Shown here: one piece after another, positions 39,330 through 47,979 of the stretch
Numbering within the stretch: position 1 is the first letter of the stretch
Layout of the letters: each line of letters opens with the position of its first letter
Origin: an uncultured Gammaproteobacteria bacterium
GTDB lineage: Bacteria; Patescibacteriota; Patescibacteriia; Magasanikbacterales; GWA2-37-8
DNA length: 64,000 nt
Direction of reading: 5' to 3'
NCBI GenBank assembly: GCA_964540825.1
Contig: CAZINT010000004.1
Coordinates: 88,835-152,834, forward strand
Translations under genes and position numbers: made by a program
The notes under the pieces: generated by a model
The model's database searches: none
What the model saw: only the letters and a program-made list of their open reading frames with translations
What the model was told of the DNA's origin: nothing

Positions 39330-39859
39330 AAGAGCCTATATATAATGAGTAATTTGTTCTTGAGAAAGTATAGCATAGTTTTGTCGACTTTAGAATGTTT
39401 TTTTCACTGGAGCGCGGGTGTATAAAAAATAATAAGAACCTTGTCATGAAGAGCAGAAAAAATTTGACTGTTATCAACTATTTTTATGAAGTTTTTTGTT
39501 CTAACAATACAACCACTGCAAAAGATCAAAAGGTGAAGTGATAACGGCAAAAGTCCACGACCGCCCCACCTATCTCCTTTGTTCTCTACCCCTGCTGCCA
39601 GGCTTATCATGGCGCTTACATATGCTTCGAAGTACCGCGCAAAATTCTCCCTGTCAGATTTTTGGCAGCACACCGTGGCTCTTACTCTTTTCTACTTTTA
39701 AAGTAGTGCTATGTAACTACCTTTGAACCCAGCTAAGCGTAATTTTCTGATTTTCTTCGACTATTAACCTCTGAATATACACTTTATTATTTTTGTCAAT
39801 AATAATATCGCATTATTTAGCTTTAATTTTGTTTATTATTAGCCATATTTTATATTTAT

Positions 39860-39899
39860 TGTCAGAATTATTGACACATATTTGACGGTTCGGTATACT
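39860..39899 (+). promoter_or_regulatory. TrmB gene promoter with a palindrome over the -35
   Basis: TTGACA-17-TATACT; TGTCA-N7-TGACA at 39860-39876. Confidence 0.6.
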
Positions 39900-39910
39900 A
39901 CAAAAATACT

Positions 39911-40630
39911 ATGGAACTCGCCTTCGCACTTACCCATTTAGGCCTAACACCCAAACAAGCTGACGTTTACCTGGCTTTGCTTCAGGCAGGCAGTGCGTCG
40001 GTCGCTCAATTGTCAAAACGAGCCGATACGAAACGCCCAACCACTTATTTGATTTTAGAGGAACTGCGTGCCAAGGGACTAGCCACCATTACACCAGGCA
40101 AACGAATTGTCTACACGGCCGAATCTCCAGAACGACTGGCTGAAGAGGAACAGAGAAGAAGCAATCTTTTAAAGGCTAAGATTCCTGAGCTAGCCGCTCT
40201 CTACAACTCCAAAAAGGAGAAACCGAAGATCCGTTACTACGAAGGCGCTGATGCTGTTATCACTCTTTATCGCCAGATATTCAATAGTCCAGAAATCGAT
40301 ATGTTCGGATCCATTATTACTATTGATCCGGCAGTGTTCAAAACTATATGGCCCTGGTTAGAAAAATTCGTTAAAGCCAAAAAACGAATTCGAGATTTAG
40401 TACCCCACGACAACAACTCATTTGAATTTGCTAAAAAACGTAATTCTGAATTTCACCAAATAAAAATTACTCCGCGCGAAGCTGAATTTCCAACCGACAA
40501 TATTATCTTTGATAACAAATTAGCCATTTTTTCTTACAAAGATGTGCCGCTTGCAGTAGTTATCGAAAGCGAGGATGTTGTCAAAACCTACCAATCATTG
40601 TTTAATCTTGTTTGGGCCAGTCTGAAATAA
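39911..40630 (+). CDS. TrmB family transcriptional regulator
   Basis: LGLTPKQADVYLALL..RPTTYLILEELRAKGL wHTH; KPKIRYYEG; IFDNKLAIFS..IES. Confidence 0.85.
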   Translation: MELAFALTHLGLTPKQADVYLALLQAGSASVAQLSKRADTKRPTTYLILEELRAKGLATITPGKRIVYTAESPERLAEEEQRRSNLLKAKIPELAALYNSKKEKPKIRYYEGADAVITLYRQIFNSPEIDMFGSIITIDPAVFKTIWPWLEKFVKAKKRIRDLVPHDNNSFEFAKKRNSEFHQIKITPREAEFPTDNIIFDNKLAIFSYKDVPLAVVIESEDVVKTYQSLFNLVWASLK

Positions 40631-40636
40631 GTGAGT

Positions 40637-40668
40637 TTGACAAAACACTTTATTTAAAATAAAGTGTT
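40637..40668 (+). promoter_or_regulatory. Promoter with perfect 12-bp inverted repeat operator
   Basis: TTGACA-17-TAAAGT overlapped by aacactttattt-a-aaataaagtgtt. Confidence 0.55.
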
Positions 40669-40713
40669 CCACGGGGGAACAAAAAGTTTCCCGTGAAACA
40701 TTTCTAATTTTAT

Positions 40714-41073
40714 ATGCTATCACTTGATTTCATAGCAGGCCTCGTTGCCGGAGAGGGTTCGTTCATGTGGATTAAACAAGGAGGAAACGAAATTCCTGTT
40801 TTTCAGTTAAAAATGCATGCATCTGAGCGCTCTTTATTTGAAATGGTTAAGGAAACTCTGGGCTTAAAGGAAAAGATTTATGAATATAATCATCAAAACC
40901 GTCATTACGTGGTAATTTTGGTACGTAAAAGAACAAGTATTGAAGATACAATTATTCCCAGCTTTGAAAACCGCCTCTACGGGCTTAAAAAAATTCAATT
41001 CGATGAGTGGAAAAATAAATTCTTTGAAAGAAAAACACTCTATAAATATAAAATTAAAAAACGGCTAACTTAA
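40714..41073 (+). CDS. Free-standing single-motif LAGLIDADG endonuclease-like protein
   Basis: N-terminal DFIAGLVAGEGSF, PVFQLKMH, IIPSFE..LYGLKKIQFDEW. Confidence 0.75.
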   Translation: MLSLDFIAGLVAGEGSFMWIKQGGNEIPVFQLKMHASERSLFEMVKETLGLKEKIYEYNHQNRHYVVILVRKRTSIEDTIIPSFENRLYGLKKIQFDEWKNKFFERKTLYKYKIKKRLT

Positions 41074-41111
41074 GCCGTTATTTTTATTTTTGTATACAAT
41101 AGTGTAGACAT

Positions 41112-41151
41112 TTATCCACTTACTAGCGACTTATACACTGGCTTATCCACA
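41112..41151 (+). promoter_or_regulatory. Cluster of three DnaA-box-like sequences
   Basis: TTATCCACt 41112, TTATACACt 41131, perfect TTATCCACA 41143, same orientation. Confidence 0.5.
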
Positions 41152-41279
41152 GTTTTGTGCACTTTTACATAAAAATAAAAACACCCCTGATTGTATAGAG
41201 GTGTTTTTAGAAGTGGCCGAGCGCAATCCAAAATATGGAAAGGCTCGGCCGAAAAGGAACGGCGCGAAGGCCGGCGTAG

Positions 41280-41831
41280 CTATGGGAACGTGACGAGGCT
41301 GATGACCTTGTAGCCGTCGAGTGCTTGCCGTCCGCCGCAGGACTCGATCTCGAAGAGGAAGAGGAAGCCGGCGACGATGCCGCCGAGCCTCTCAACGATC
41401 TTGGCCGTTGCCGCGGCTGTACCGCCGGTAGCGAGGCCGTCGTCGACAATAAGGACCCGCTGGCCCACCTCGATTGCGTAGTCTGGCATCTCGATGGCGC
41501 TCGCGCCGTACTCGAGGCCGTACGACTCACGGACGAGCTCGGCGTACTTGCGCACCGGTATCTTGCCGGCCTTGCGCACCATGACAGAACCCTTGCGACC
41601 CCACTGAGAAATGGGCTCGCCGAAGATAAAGCCGCGGGCGTCGATCATGGCGACCAAGTCGAAGCCGATGCCCGCGAGCTCGAGCTGGCGCTGCATCTCG
41701 CGGAAGCAGGTCTCTTTGGCCGCGGGGTTCCGGAGCAGGGGGCTGATGTCACGGAACACGATGCCCGGCTGCGGGAAGTCCGCGATAGGTTCGAGGAACT
41801 GAGACAGGTAGTGAGCTGTTGAGCGGTTCAT
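41280..41831 (-). CDS. apt: Adenine phosphoribosyltransferase
   Basis: DFPQPGIVFRDISPLL, DARGFIFG, RKAGKIP, YGLEYG, IVDDGLATGGT. Confidence 0.95.
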   Translation of the reverse strand: MNRSTAHYLSQFLEPIADFPQPGIVFRDISPLLRNPAAKETCFREMQRQLELAGIGFDLVAMIDARGFIFGEPISQWGRKGSVMVRKAGKIPVRKYAELVRESYGLEYGASAIEMPDYAIEVGQRVLIVDDGLATGGTAAATAKIVERLGGIVAGFLFLFEIESCGGRQALDGYKVISLVTFP

Positions 41832-41847
41832 GGTCGGTGGTCTCCTT

Positions 41848-42915
41848 TTACCGATGATCCGGGGAGCTCCAGGCCTTTATGATGGCGCTGAGGCTGGCGT
41901 CGTTATCGCTGCGCATCGACTGGTAGAGCGCCTCGCTGAGCAGCTCATCGAGCGGCAGCACTGTGAGCCACTCGCTGTTACGAGCACAGTACTCCTGGTC
42001 GCGCGGAATGGACTCGGTGATGAACACCTCGGCGCCGAGCGCCTTGAGCCGTTCCTCAGCAGAACGCGGAAGGGACAATGGATCGCTACCCTTGTCCCGC
42101 GAAGGAGAGAAGACACCGTGAGTTGCCGCGATATATGTCTGGCGAATACCCTGCTGCTTGCCGACGGTGACCGATGCCTGAAGCGACTTGGCAGTGTCGA
42201 TGAGATCATCGATGTAGACCGCATCCTTGCCATCGACCTCGCCTTCACCGGTGAAGTAGGTGATCTCCGCCTCGTTGGCGCGCGGACGTCGCTTGCCAAA
42301 GTTGTAGACCTTCACGGCTCCATCGATCATATCAGCGAAACGTCGCGCACGGGGCAAACCGCCATCGTCGGTCGAGATGACAACGAGGCTACGATAGTTG
42401 CCCGCATACCGCTCGCGAAAGTAGCGAGCGAAGACGAGGGCACCCGGCAGGTTGTCGGCAGGCCTCGAGAAGAAGCCCTGCTCCTGATCGGCGTGGAAGT
42501 CCATCGTCATGACGTTCTTGACGCTGTCACACAGCTCGAGCATGTCGGCCACGTCGCGTGCCGAGATCGGCTCGCGTCCTTCGGCCTTGCGATCCTGCCG
42601 CATGTACGGCAGATAGGGCAGGACGAGGAAAATGCGGTCGACCGAGGCGCGGTGGAGCGCCTTAATGGTCAAGTAGAGTCGCATGAGCTGCTCGTTGGGG
42701 TTCGGATGCAGCTCCCAGAAGAGGTAGACCTCCTGACGACGCACAGTCACCGGGATCATCGGCTTGCCCTCGCCGTTGGCGAAGGCGATGTAGTTGACGG
42801 TCGCCGCACGAATCGGTTCGCCGATCTGACGGAGACGCTCCTGGATACGATGCACGAGCGGGGCCATACCCTCGGAGCACAGAATAAGCCGGGGTGCACT
42901 GATCATCTTTACCAC
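41848..42915 (-). CDS. prs: Ribose-phosphate pyrophosphokinase (divergent)
   Basis: FANGE, PNEQLMRL, PYLPYMRQDRK, DFHADQEQGFF, IDDLIDT, ATHGVFS; alternative ATG start at 42906. Confidence 0.88.
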   Translation of the reverse strand: MVKMISAPRLILCSEGMAPLVHRIQERLRQIGEPIRAATVNYIAFANGEGKPMIPVTVRRQEVYLFWELHPNPNEQLMRLYLTIKALHRASVDRIFLVLPYLPYMRQDRKAEGREPISARDVADMLELCDSVKNVMTMDFHADQEQGFFSRPADNLPGALVFARYFRERYAGNYRSLVVISTDDGGLPRARRFADMIDGAVKVYNFGKRRPRANEAEITYFTGEGEVDGKDAVYIDDLIDTAKSLQASVTVGKQQGIRQTYIAATHGVFSPSRDKGSDPLSLPRSAEERLKALGAEVFITESIPRDQEYCARNSEWLTVLPLDELLSEALYQSMRSDNDASLSAIIKAWSSPDHR

Positions 42916-42949
42916 CTATTTCCTTGTTGTTCGTTGCGTTTCAGCAATT

Positions 42950-43459
42950 CTAGAACTGAGCCATGGCCGCAAGTATTGCATCAGCGATGACTCGCTCGCG
43001 CTTGAGGCGGCCTTGGCTGAAGATACTCTGCAAATCCTGGTGATCCGCACCTGGATGGGTCTCACAGTAGATCTTGCCCGCAGTCGTGGTCTTGAAGCCG
43101 CGCTTGCGAGCAATGTGGATCAGGTACGTCGGCACCTGGGTGCCAACCGACCAGACGCGCACTGTCTTGCCGGCCCGGTTACGGATAATGACGCAAGCAA
43201 CATCGTACCAGCGGCGCGCCAGGCACTGTAGACCGCTCTCAATAGCGATCCAGTAGTCAGCCTTGGGGCAGGCCCGAACGATCGCCTTCAGTCGATTACA
43301 TGCGCCGCGCTCGGTCTCAGTCGCACCAACCGGATTATCGCTGACGAGCGATTGAGCCGGGAAGCTGCGAACACTGTCCTTCGGGCAGGCAAGCTTGGCT
43401 GCGGTAATCTTGGGGTGACTCTTGGAAGACACAGCCACAAGAAGCTTTTTTCTTCTCAC
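42950..43459 (-). CDS. yjjX: Non-canonical purine NTP phosphatase (ITPase/XTPase, YjjX/DUF84 family)
   Basis: VSSKSHPKITAA, SLVSDNPVG..ETERGACNR, DYWIAIESG, FSQGRLKR. Confidence 0.8.
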   Translation of the reverse strand: MRRKKLLVAVSSKSHPKITAAKLACPKDSVRSFPAQSLVSDNPVGATETERGACNRLKAIVRACPKADYWIAIESGLQCLARRWYDVACVIIRNRAGKTVRVWSVGTQVPTYLIHIARKRGFKTTTAGKIYCETHPGADHQDLQSIFSQGRLKRERVIADAILAAMAQF

Positions 43460-43591
43460 GGGCTCTCCTTGTTTCCGATATGTAGTGCAGCAGAAGCATG
43501 ATCATCAAACTGCCGCTGCACTACATATCGTTTGGTTGTGAATGAACGGTCAGTAAAACCACGGACTTCAGACAGGCCGGAAAAACAGCCA

Positions 43592-43620
43592 ACTATAGCC
43601 GACAATCTTATGTTTGTCAA
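43592..43620 (-). promoter_or_regulatory. sigma70 promoter of yjjX-prs-apt
   Basis: Minus strand TTGACA-17-TATAGT. Confidence 0.65.
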
Positions 43621-43800
43621 TGCTAAAGCATAGAGTTTTAAAACTCCTGCCTCCAGCATTTTTATTGTCAAAGAGCAGTTTGCGAGCAACTGACGTGCCA
43701 GCGCTCTACCCAGTTCAAAAACCGGGCAGAGAAATGGTCCGGTCGAGCATAGAAACGTCGACCGGAAAAGTTGAAAAGGCACACACAAAGCAAAACCGAA

Positions 43801-44067
43801 CTACCGGTCACCCGACCACGTGCGGTTCACCTTCCGCTTCTTGTCGAGCGCTTCCTTGATCCGGAGCGGCAAGTCCTTCGGCGGCACATCGTTCTTCTTA
43901 CCGCACACGGGGCACAGGAACTCGTACCGAGCTGCCTGGTTATCATAGCGCTCCGGCGCCATAAGATCTGCCTCGTCCACGAGAAGCGTCGCGGCGCAGT
44001 CCTTTTCGTTGCAGACGTACTCGTGACTCCAAGGATTCTTCCAATTGCCTTCTTTGAGGATCTTCAT
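43801..44067 (-). CDS. GC-rich small zinc-ribbon protein
   Basis: GGAG SD; CNEKDC...CPVCG; G/C-ending codons. Confidence 0.7.
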   Translation of the reverse strand: MKILKEGNWKNPWSHEYVCNEKDCAATLLVDEADLMAPERYDNQAARYEFLCPVCGKKNDVPPKDLPLRIKEALDKKRKVNRTWSGDR

Positions 44068-44240
44068 GGGTCTTCTCCATTGTGAAAGAGCGGTTCGTCA
44101 GCACTTCGCTAACAAGACAACTCTATGACAACAGCGATTTTATTTATATAATTTTTGGTATATTTTTTGACTAATTAAATAATTTACTTTAAAATAAGGC
44201 AAATATATATAAATATTTACTACGTAAAATTTAGTAGTTT

Positions 44241-45020
44241 ATGTCTTTAATTAAAATTACCGCTCTGCAAAGCAAAGAAATTAATGAGGTACTGGGACGT
44301 TTTGGTTTAAACGATAAGGAGCGCAAGGTCTATCTAAAATTACTCACCTTTAAGCCCACAACACTCACACCACTCGCACGAAGTGCCGGATTACCCGTGA
44401 CTACGGTACAGGCCGTGCTGGGGAGGCTAGTCGATTTTGGTGTTGTCAACGTAACAAAGCGCAAATCTCGTCATGTCTACGAGGCAGCTGAACCTGTTGT
44501 TCTTAAACAAATCATGGAACGTAAAGTTGAAGAAGCGACAGAAATAATTCCCTTTTTAAAATCACTCCAAGGGCAGAGTGAGGGTAAGGCAAAAATTCGT
44601 TTGTACTACCGCGAACGTATGAATGATATTTTTTTGGAAGCACTTGAAGCAAAAAATAAAACACTGTATGAAATTGTGGCCGGTAAAGAAATTCAGGATA
44701 TTTTTGGTGAACGTTTTCACTTTACAAGGCGGCGGGTGGAAAAAAAGATTTTTCTCAAAAGCCTGCGTGTAGAAAGTAGGGAAATAAAAAAATACTCCCG
44801 CCTCAGTCATGTGCGAGAACTGCGTGAAGCTAAATTTTTAGCTCGTGAATTTACTTTTCAGGCCTCGATTTTTTTCTGGGATGATAGCGTTGCTTTTTTT
44901 AGTACCCGCGAAGAAGGCTTGGCCTGGGTTGTTGAAAGCAAAGTTATCCGAAAGATGATTGAACAAATTTTCAATCTCTGCTGGAGTCTGGGGAGACCAA
45001 TGGAAACGGCTCAATCTTAA
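44241..45020 (+). CDS. TrmB family transcriptional regulator
   Basis: FGLNDKERKVYLKLL wHTH, KAKIRLYY, FWDDSVAFFS..VES..IFNLCW. Confidence 0.85.
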   Translation: MSLIKITALQSKEINEVLGRFGLNDKERKVYLKLLTFKPTTLTPLARSAGLPVTTVQAVLGRLVDFGVVNVTKRKSRHVYEAAEPVVLKQIMERKVEEATEIIPFLKSLQGQSEGKAKIRLYYRERMNDIFLEALEAKNKTLYEIVAGKEIQDIFGERFHFTRRRVEKKIFLKSLRVESREIKKYSRLSHVRELREAKFLAREFTFQASIFFWDDSVAFFSTREEGLAWVVESKVIRKMIEQIFNLCWSLGRPMETAQS

Positions 45021-45055
45021 AAAAATAAATCTTCCTCAAGAGAAGATTTAAAACT

Positions 45056-45129
45056 TGGTGGACCTAGGCAGAATCGGACTGCCGCTCCGGCAATGCGAAT
45101 GCCGTGTCATACCACTAGACCATAGGCCC
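45056..45129 (-). tRNA. tRNA-Ala(CGC)
   Basis: Minus strand GGGCCTA/TAGGTCC with G3:U70, cggca-ttCGCat-tgccg, ACCA end. Confidence 0.9.
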
Positions 45130-45149
45130 GTTTTTTCTTAAATCTTATT

Positions 45150-45301
45150 CGTTCAATGCTGTGCCCCCGAAGGGAAATTTCACGCGTCGTTTCACTCCTT
45201 CACGAAAAGGGCTTCCGCCCTCTCGTGTGCTCTCCCGGGCAAAAGTGGGAAACTCCCGTTTCCCAAACCCTTCCCGTTCAATGCTGTGCCCCCGAAGGGA
45301 A
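45150..45301 (-). repeat. 27-bp direct repeat of the tRNA-Arg 3' end/trailer flanking a 98-bp hairpin element
   Basis: cgttcaatgctgtgcccccgaagggaa at 45150-45176 and 45275-45301. Confidence 0.85.
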
Positions 45302-45358
45302 TTGAACCCCTATCTCACCCTTAGGACGGGTTTGTTCGATCCGTTGAACTACGGGGGC
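45287..45358 (-). tRNA. tRNA-Arg(CCT)
   Basis: Minus strand GCCCCCG/CGGGGGC acceptor, anticodon loop gtCCTaa, A20, T loop TTCAATT. Confidence 0.9.
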
Positions 45359-45557
45359 AACCACTTTTCGGGATAGCTCGTGGGCGTCATGGTAGCGTAA
45401 AATACTTCGTTTGGCAAGCAACTATATTGTCTACTAAAAAAATAAAAATCCCTTTGGTAAGGAATTTTTATGCAACGCTTTACTCTCAACATTAAAGAGA
45501 TACTGTGGAGAGAAGAGCGGCGCCTGGGGGACAGGCGCGCGAGAGAATGGTCAGTGG

Positions 45558-45956
45558 CTACGGTGCGCAGACCTCAGGCGCAAAGGGTCTCGACGACGTA
45601 CGCGACGTCCGGAGCGTCGGGGCGTCGGGGCCCTCGATCTCACGAATGAAGTCGTCACCCCCCAAGTCGAGGGCTGCGGCTGCGGCTGCAACCCTCTCGT
45701 CGTGCTCGAAGAACCAGCACTTGGGGATCGCCGGGAGCGTTCCCATATCGACCACGGTACCCTCCTCCACCGAGTCCACTACGGAGGAAGCAGGCAACGG
45801 TAGGGGCGGGGCCGTGCGGCCCTGGAGACGATCGAGCGCAGCGCTAAACGTCGCCCACGGGACGAGCCCGGTGGGGACGGGCTTGAGCGGAGCGCGGCGC
45901 GGGTAGCCCCGCAGATCATGCAGCGCGAAACAGGGCGGATCAGAAAAGAACGGCAT
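45558..45956 (-). CDS. GC-rich orphan Pro-rich protein
   Basis: GGAGGG SD before ATG 45956; G/C-ending codons in this frame; own promoter. Confidence 0.55.
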   Translation of the reverse strand: MPFFSDPPCFALHDLRGYPRRAPLKPVPTGLVPWATFSAALDRLQGRTAPPLPLPASSVVDSVEEGTVVDMGTLPAIPKCWFFEHDERVAAAAAALDLGGDDFIREIEGPDAPTLRTSRTSSRPFAPEVCAP

Positions 45957-46086
45957 TGGACACCCTCCAAATAGACGGTTACTTAGCAATTCAAACGATT
46001 TAAACAGCTAATTGACCGCTTATTTGGGGGATCCGTTATTTGAACTTTAAAACAAAAACCGGCCTTTCGTTCCGGCCGGACGCCGC

Positions 46087-46115
46087 AGCATAGCATATTT
46101 TAAGTCTTTTGTCAA
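46087..46115 (-). promoter_or_regulatory. sigma70 promoter of the GC-rich orphan
   Basis: Minus strand TTGACA-17-TATGCT with a TG extension. Confidence 0.6.
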
Positions 46116-46219
46116 GGGTGTTTTGGGAATATTTGGCTAATATTACTCTTTTTTTCCTTCTTTTGCTTGTCGCCCGGACCGAAACAAGCTACAATGGGGC
46201 TTACTAACTCTCTACATAT

Positions 46220-47314
46220 ATGGAAGCAGCCTCTGTACTTATCGGCATACTTATCATTCTCCTTTTAGCTATCCTTGGATTAGTTTTTGTTTTGTACCGA
46301 AAAATTCAAGCGGGCCAACAACCCAAAGAAGGCGAACAAAACATTTACATCATGCTCCAAAACCAGATTCAAGATTTAGGTCGCCTAGTAGATCAAAAAA
46401 TGAACGACACCAATAGGAACATGAACGAGTCGCAGAAAAACATGCATCAAACCATTCAGACGCAATTTGGGCAGAGCGTCAAAATTATTACCGAGGTTAC
46501 CGAGCGGCTCACCAAGCTGGACGAAACCAACAAACAGGTGATGGGTTTTGCCGACCAATTACAACAGCTGGAAAGTGTGCTGCAAAACCCTAAACAGCGC
46601 GGCATCTTAGGTGAATATTATTTAGAAAATGTTTTAAACAATGTGTTGCCGCCTGGCAGCTACCAGATGCAGTACAAATTTGAAAATGGTGACATTGTCG
46701 ACGCGGCAATTTTTGTGAAAGATAAAATTATTCCGGTTGATTCGAAATTCAGTTTGGAAAATTATAACCGAGCGATTGAAGAAAAAGATCCGGATCGCCG
46801 GGCAGAGCTTGAAGCACTCTTCAAAAATGATTTGAAAAAACGGATTGACGAAACCAGTAAATACATTAAACCCAAGGAAAACACGATGGATTTCGCGTTT
46901 ATGTTTATTCCGGCCGAAGGGATTTATTACGACCTGCTTATTAATAAAGTTGGCGCGCTCAAAGTAAACTCTGCAGCACTTATCGAATATGCCTTCAAAG
47001 AAAAACGCGTCATCATTGTTTCGCCAACATCGTTTCTTGCGTACCTCCAAACCGTCATGCAAGGCCTGCGCGCGCTTAAAATTGAAGAATCGGCCAAAGA
47101 AATTATGGGCCGCGTCGAAGAGTTGGGTCGGCACATTTTGGCGTATGATGATTATTTTAAAAAACTGGGCAATAACCTAGCAACAACTGTGAACTCATAT
47201 AACACTGCCTACAAAGAACTCAACAAGATTGATAAAGACGTGATGAAAATTACCGGCAGCGAGAAAAAAATTGAAACACTGCTTATCGATAAACCAAATA
47301 CGGAATTACTTTAA
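46220..47314 (+). CDS. rmuC: DNA recombination protein RmuC
   Basis: N-terminal TM and coiled coil, NPKQRGILGE, IPVDSKFSL, DFAFMFIPAEG, IVSPTS. Confidence 0.93.
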   Translation: MEAASVLIGILIILLLAILGLVFVLYRKIQAGQQPKEGEQNIYIMLQNQIQDLGRLVDQKMNDTNRNMNESQKNMHQTIQTQFGQSVKIITEVTERLTKLDETNKQVMGFADQLQQLESVLQNPKQRGILGEYYLENVLNNVLPPGSYQMQYKFENGDIVDAAIFVKDKIIPVDSKFSLENYNRAIEEKDPDRRAELEALFKNDLKKRIDETSKYIKPKENTMDFAFMFIPAEGIYYDLLINKVGALKVNSAALIEYAFKEKRVIIVSPTSFLAYLQTVMQGLRALKIEESAKEIMGRVEELGRHILAYDDYFKKLGNNLATTVNSYNTAYKELNKIDKDVMKITGSEKKIETLLIDKPNTELL

Positions 47315-47388
47315 AATAAAGAAGGCTCCCGTGGCGCGCAGGCAATGAGCCGACGAACCGTGGGAACCAGGAATCCGTAAAGAGCTTT

Positions 47389-47844
47389 TCAGCGGAGCGT
47401 GCAGTTGATGTACCGTCCAGGGGTTTGCGGGCTGTAGCTCACGGACAACCCGTTTGCCGCGACACTCCGCGTCAACAGCCAGTGCCGGTAGCGGGGCGGC
47501 AGCGCCTCACCGGTCAGGGTACCCTTCACCATCAGGTAGCAGTTCAGCTCCGGTCCGTCGTAGGTGGGGATGATGTGGACGAAGACGCTGAAGCGCTCCG
47601 GCGGACCATGCATGATTGGCCCAAACTGGTTCCCCGGGAGCGGCCAGCGCAGCTCGCACGCTGACACCCGAGTGCTTCCCGGGACCACCAGGAAGCCAAG
47701 GCGTGCCCGCTCTTTTCCGCATCCGTCATCAGCCTGAGGAAGTGTGAAAGGGAGGCCGTCCGCGAACACCTTCGGCACATCGTTGCCAAGGTAATTCGGT
47801 CCGACGAGCGACAAGGCAACAAGGGCAAGACTTTTGGCCTGCAT
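47389..47844 (-). CDS. GC-rich orphan protein, possibly exported
   Basis: GGAG SD before ATG 47844; hydrophobic N-terminus; four Cys; G/C-ending codons. Confidence 0.55.
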   Translation of the reverse strand: MQAKSLALVALSLVGPNYLGNDVPKVFADGLPFTLPQADDGCGKERARLGFLVVPGSTRVSACELRWPLPGNQFGPIMHGPPERFSVFVHIIPTYDGPELNCYLMVKGTLTGEALPPRYRHWLLTRSVAANGLSVSYSPQTPGRYINCTLR

Positions 47845-47911
47845 CCGATTCTCCAAAACAAGTTGGTGGACGGACAGTATGTACACACAACACATCACTT
47901 TTGTCAACGCC

Positions 47912-47940
47912 TTGACTTTTCCTTACCTATCAGCTATACT
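47912..47940 (+). promoter_or_regulatory. sigma70 promoter of rpsT
   Basis: TTGACT-17-TATACT. Confidence 0.65.
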
Positions 47941-47979
47941 GTGCGTATTCGCTCTCAAATTTAGTCTCTTACTTATACT

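Noticed and set aside
39404-39726. Short ORFs on both strands in the intergenic region
   Set aside because: Non-ATG starts, no motifs, mutually overlapping
41280-42915. Phage NARP1-type NAD reconstitution pathway
   Set aside because: The partner of the Prs homolog is a canonical APRT, not a nicotinamide ADPR-transferase/NAMPT-like enzyme
41830-42990. 386-aa plus-strand ORF and other ORFs overlapping apt/prs/yjjX
   Set aside because: Antisense shadows caused by high GC3; the minus-strand genes have clear enzyme motifs and SDs
45161-45376. 71-aa ORF over the tRNA-Arg region, and a possible extra tRNA at 45150-45274
   Set aside because: The ORF is antisense to the tRNA; the duplicated part holds only the 3' acceptor strand, with no D or anticodon arm
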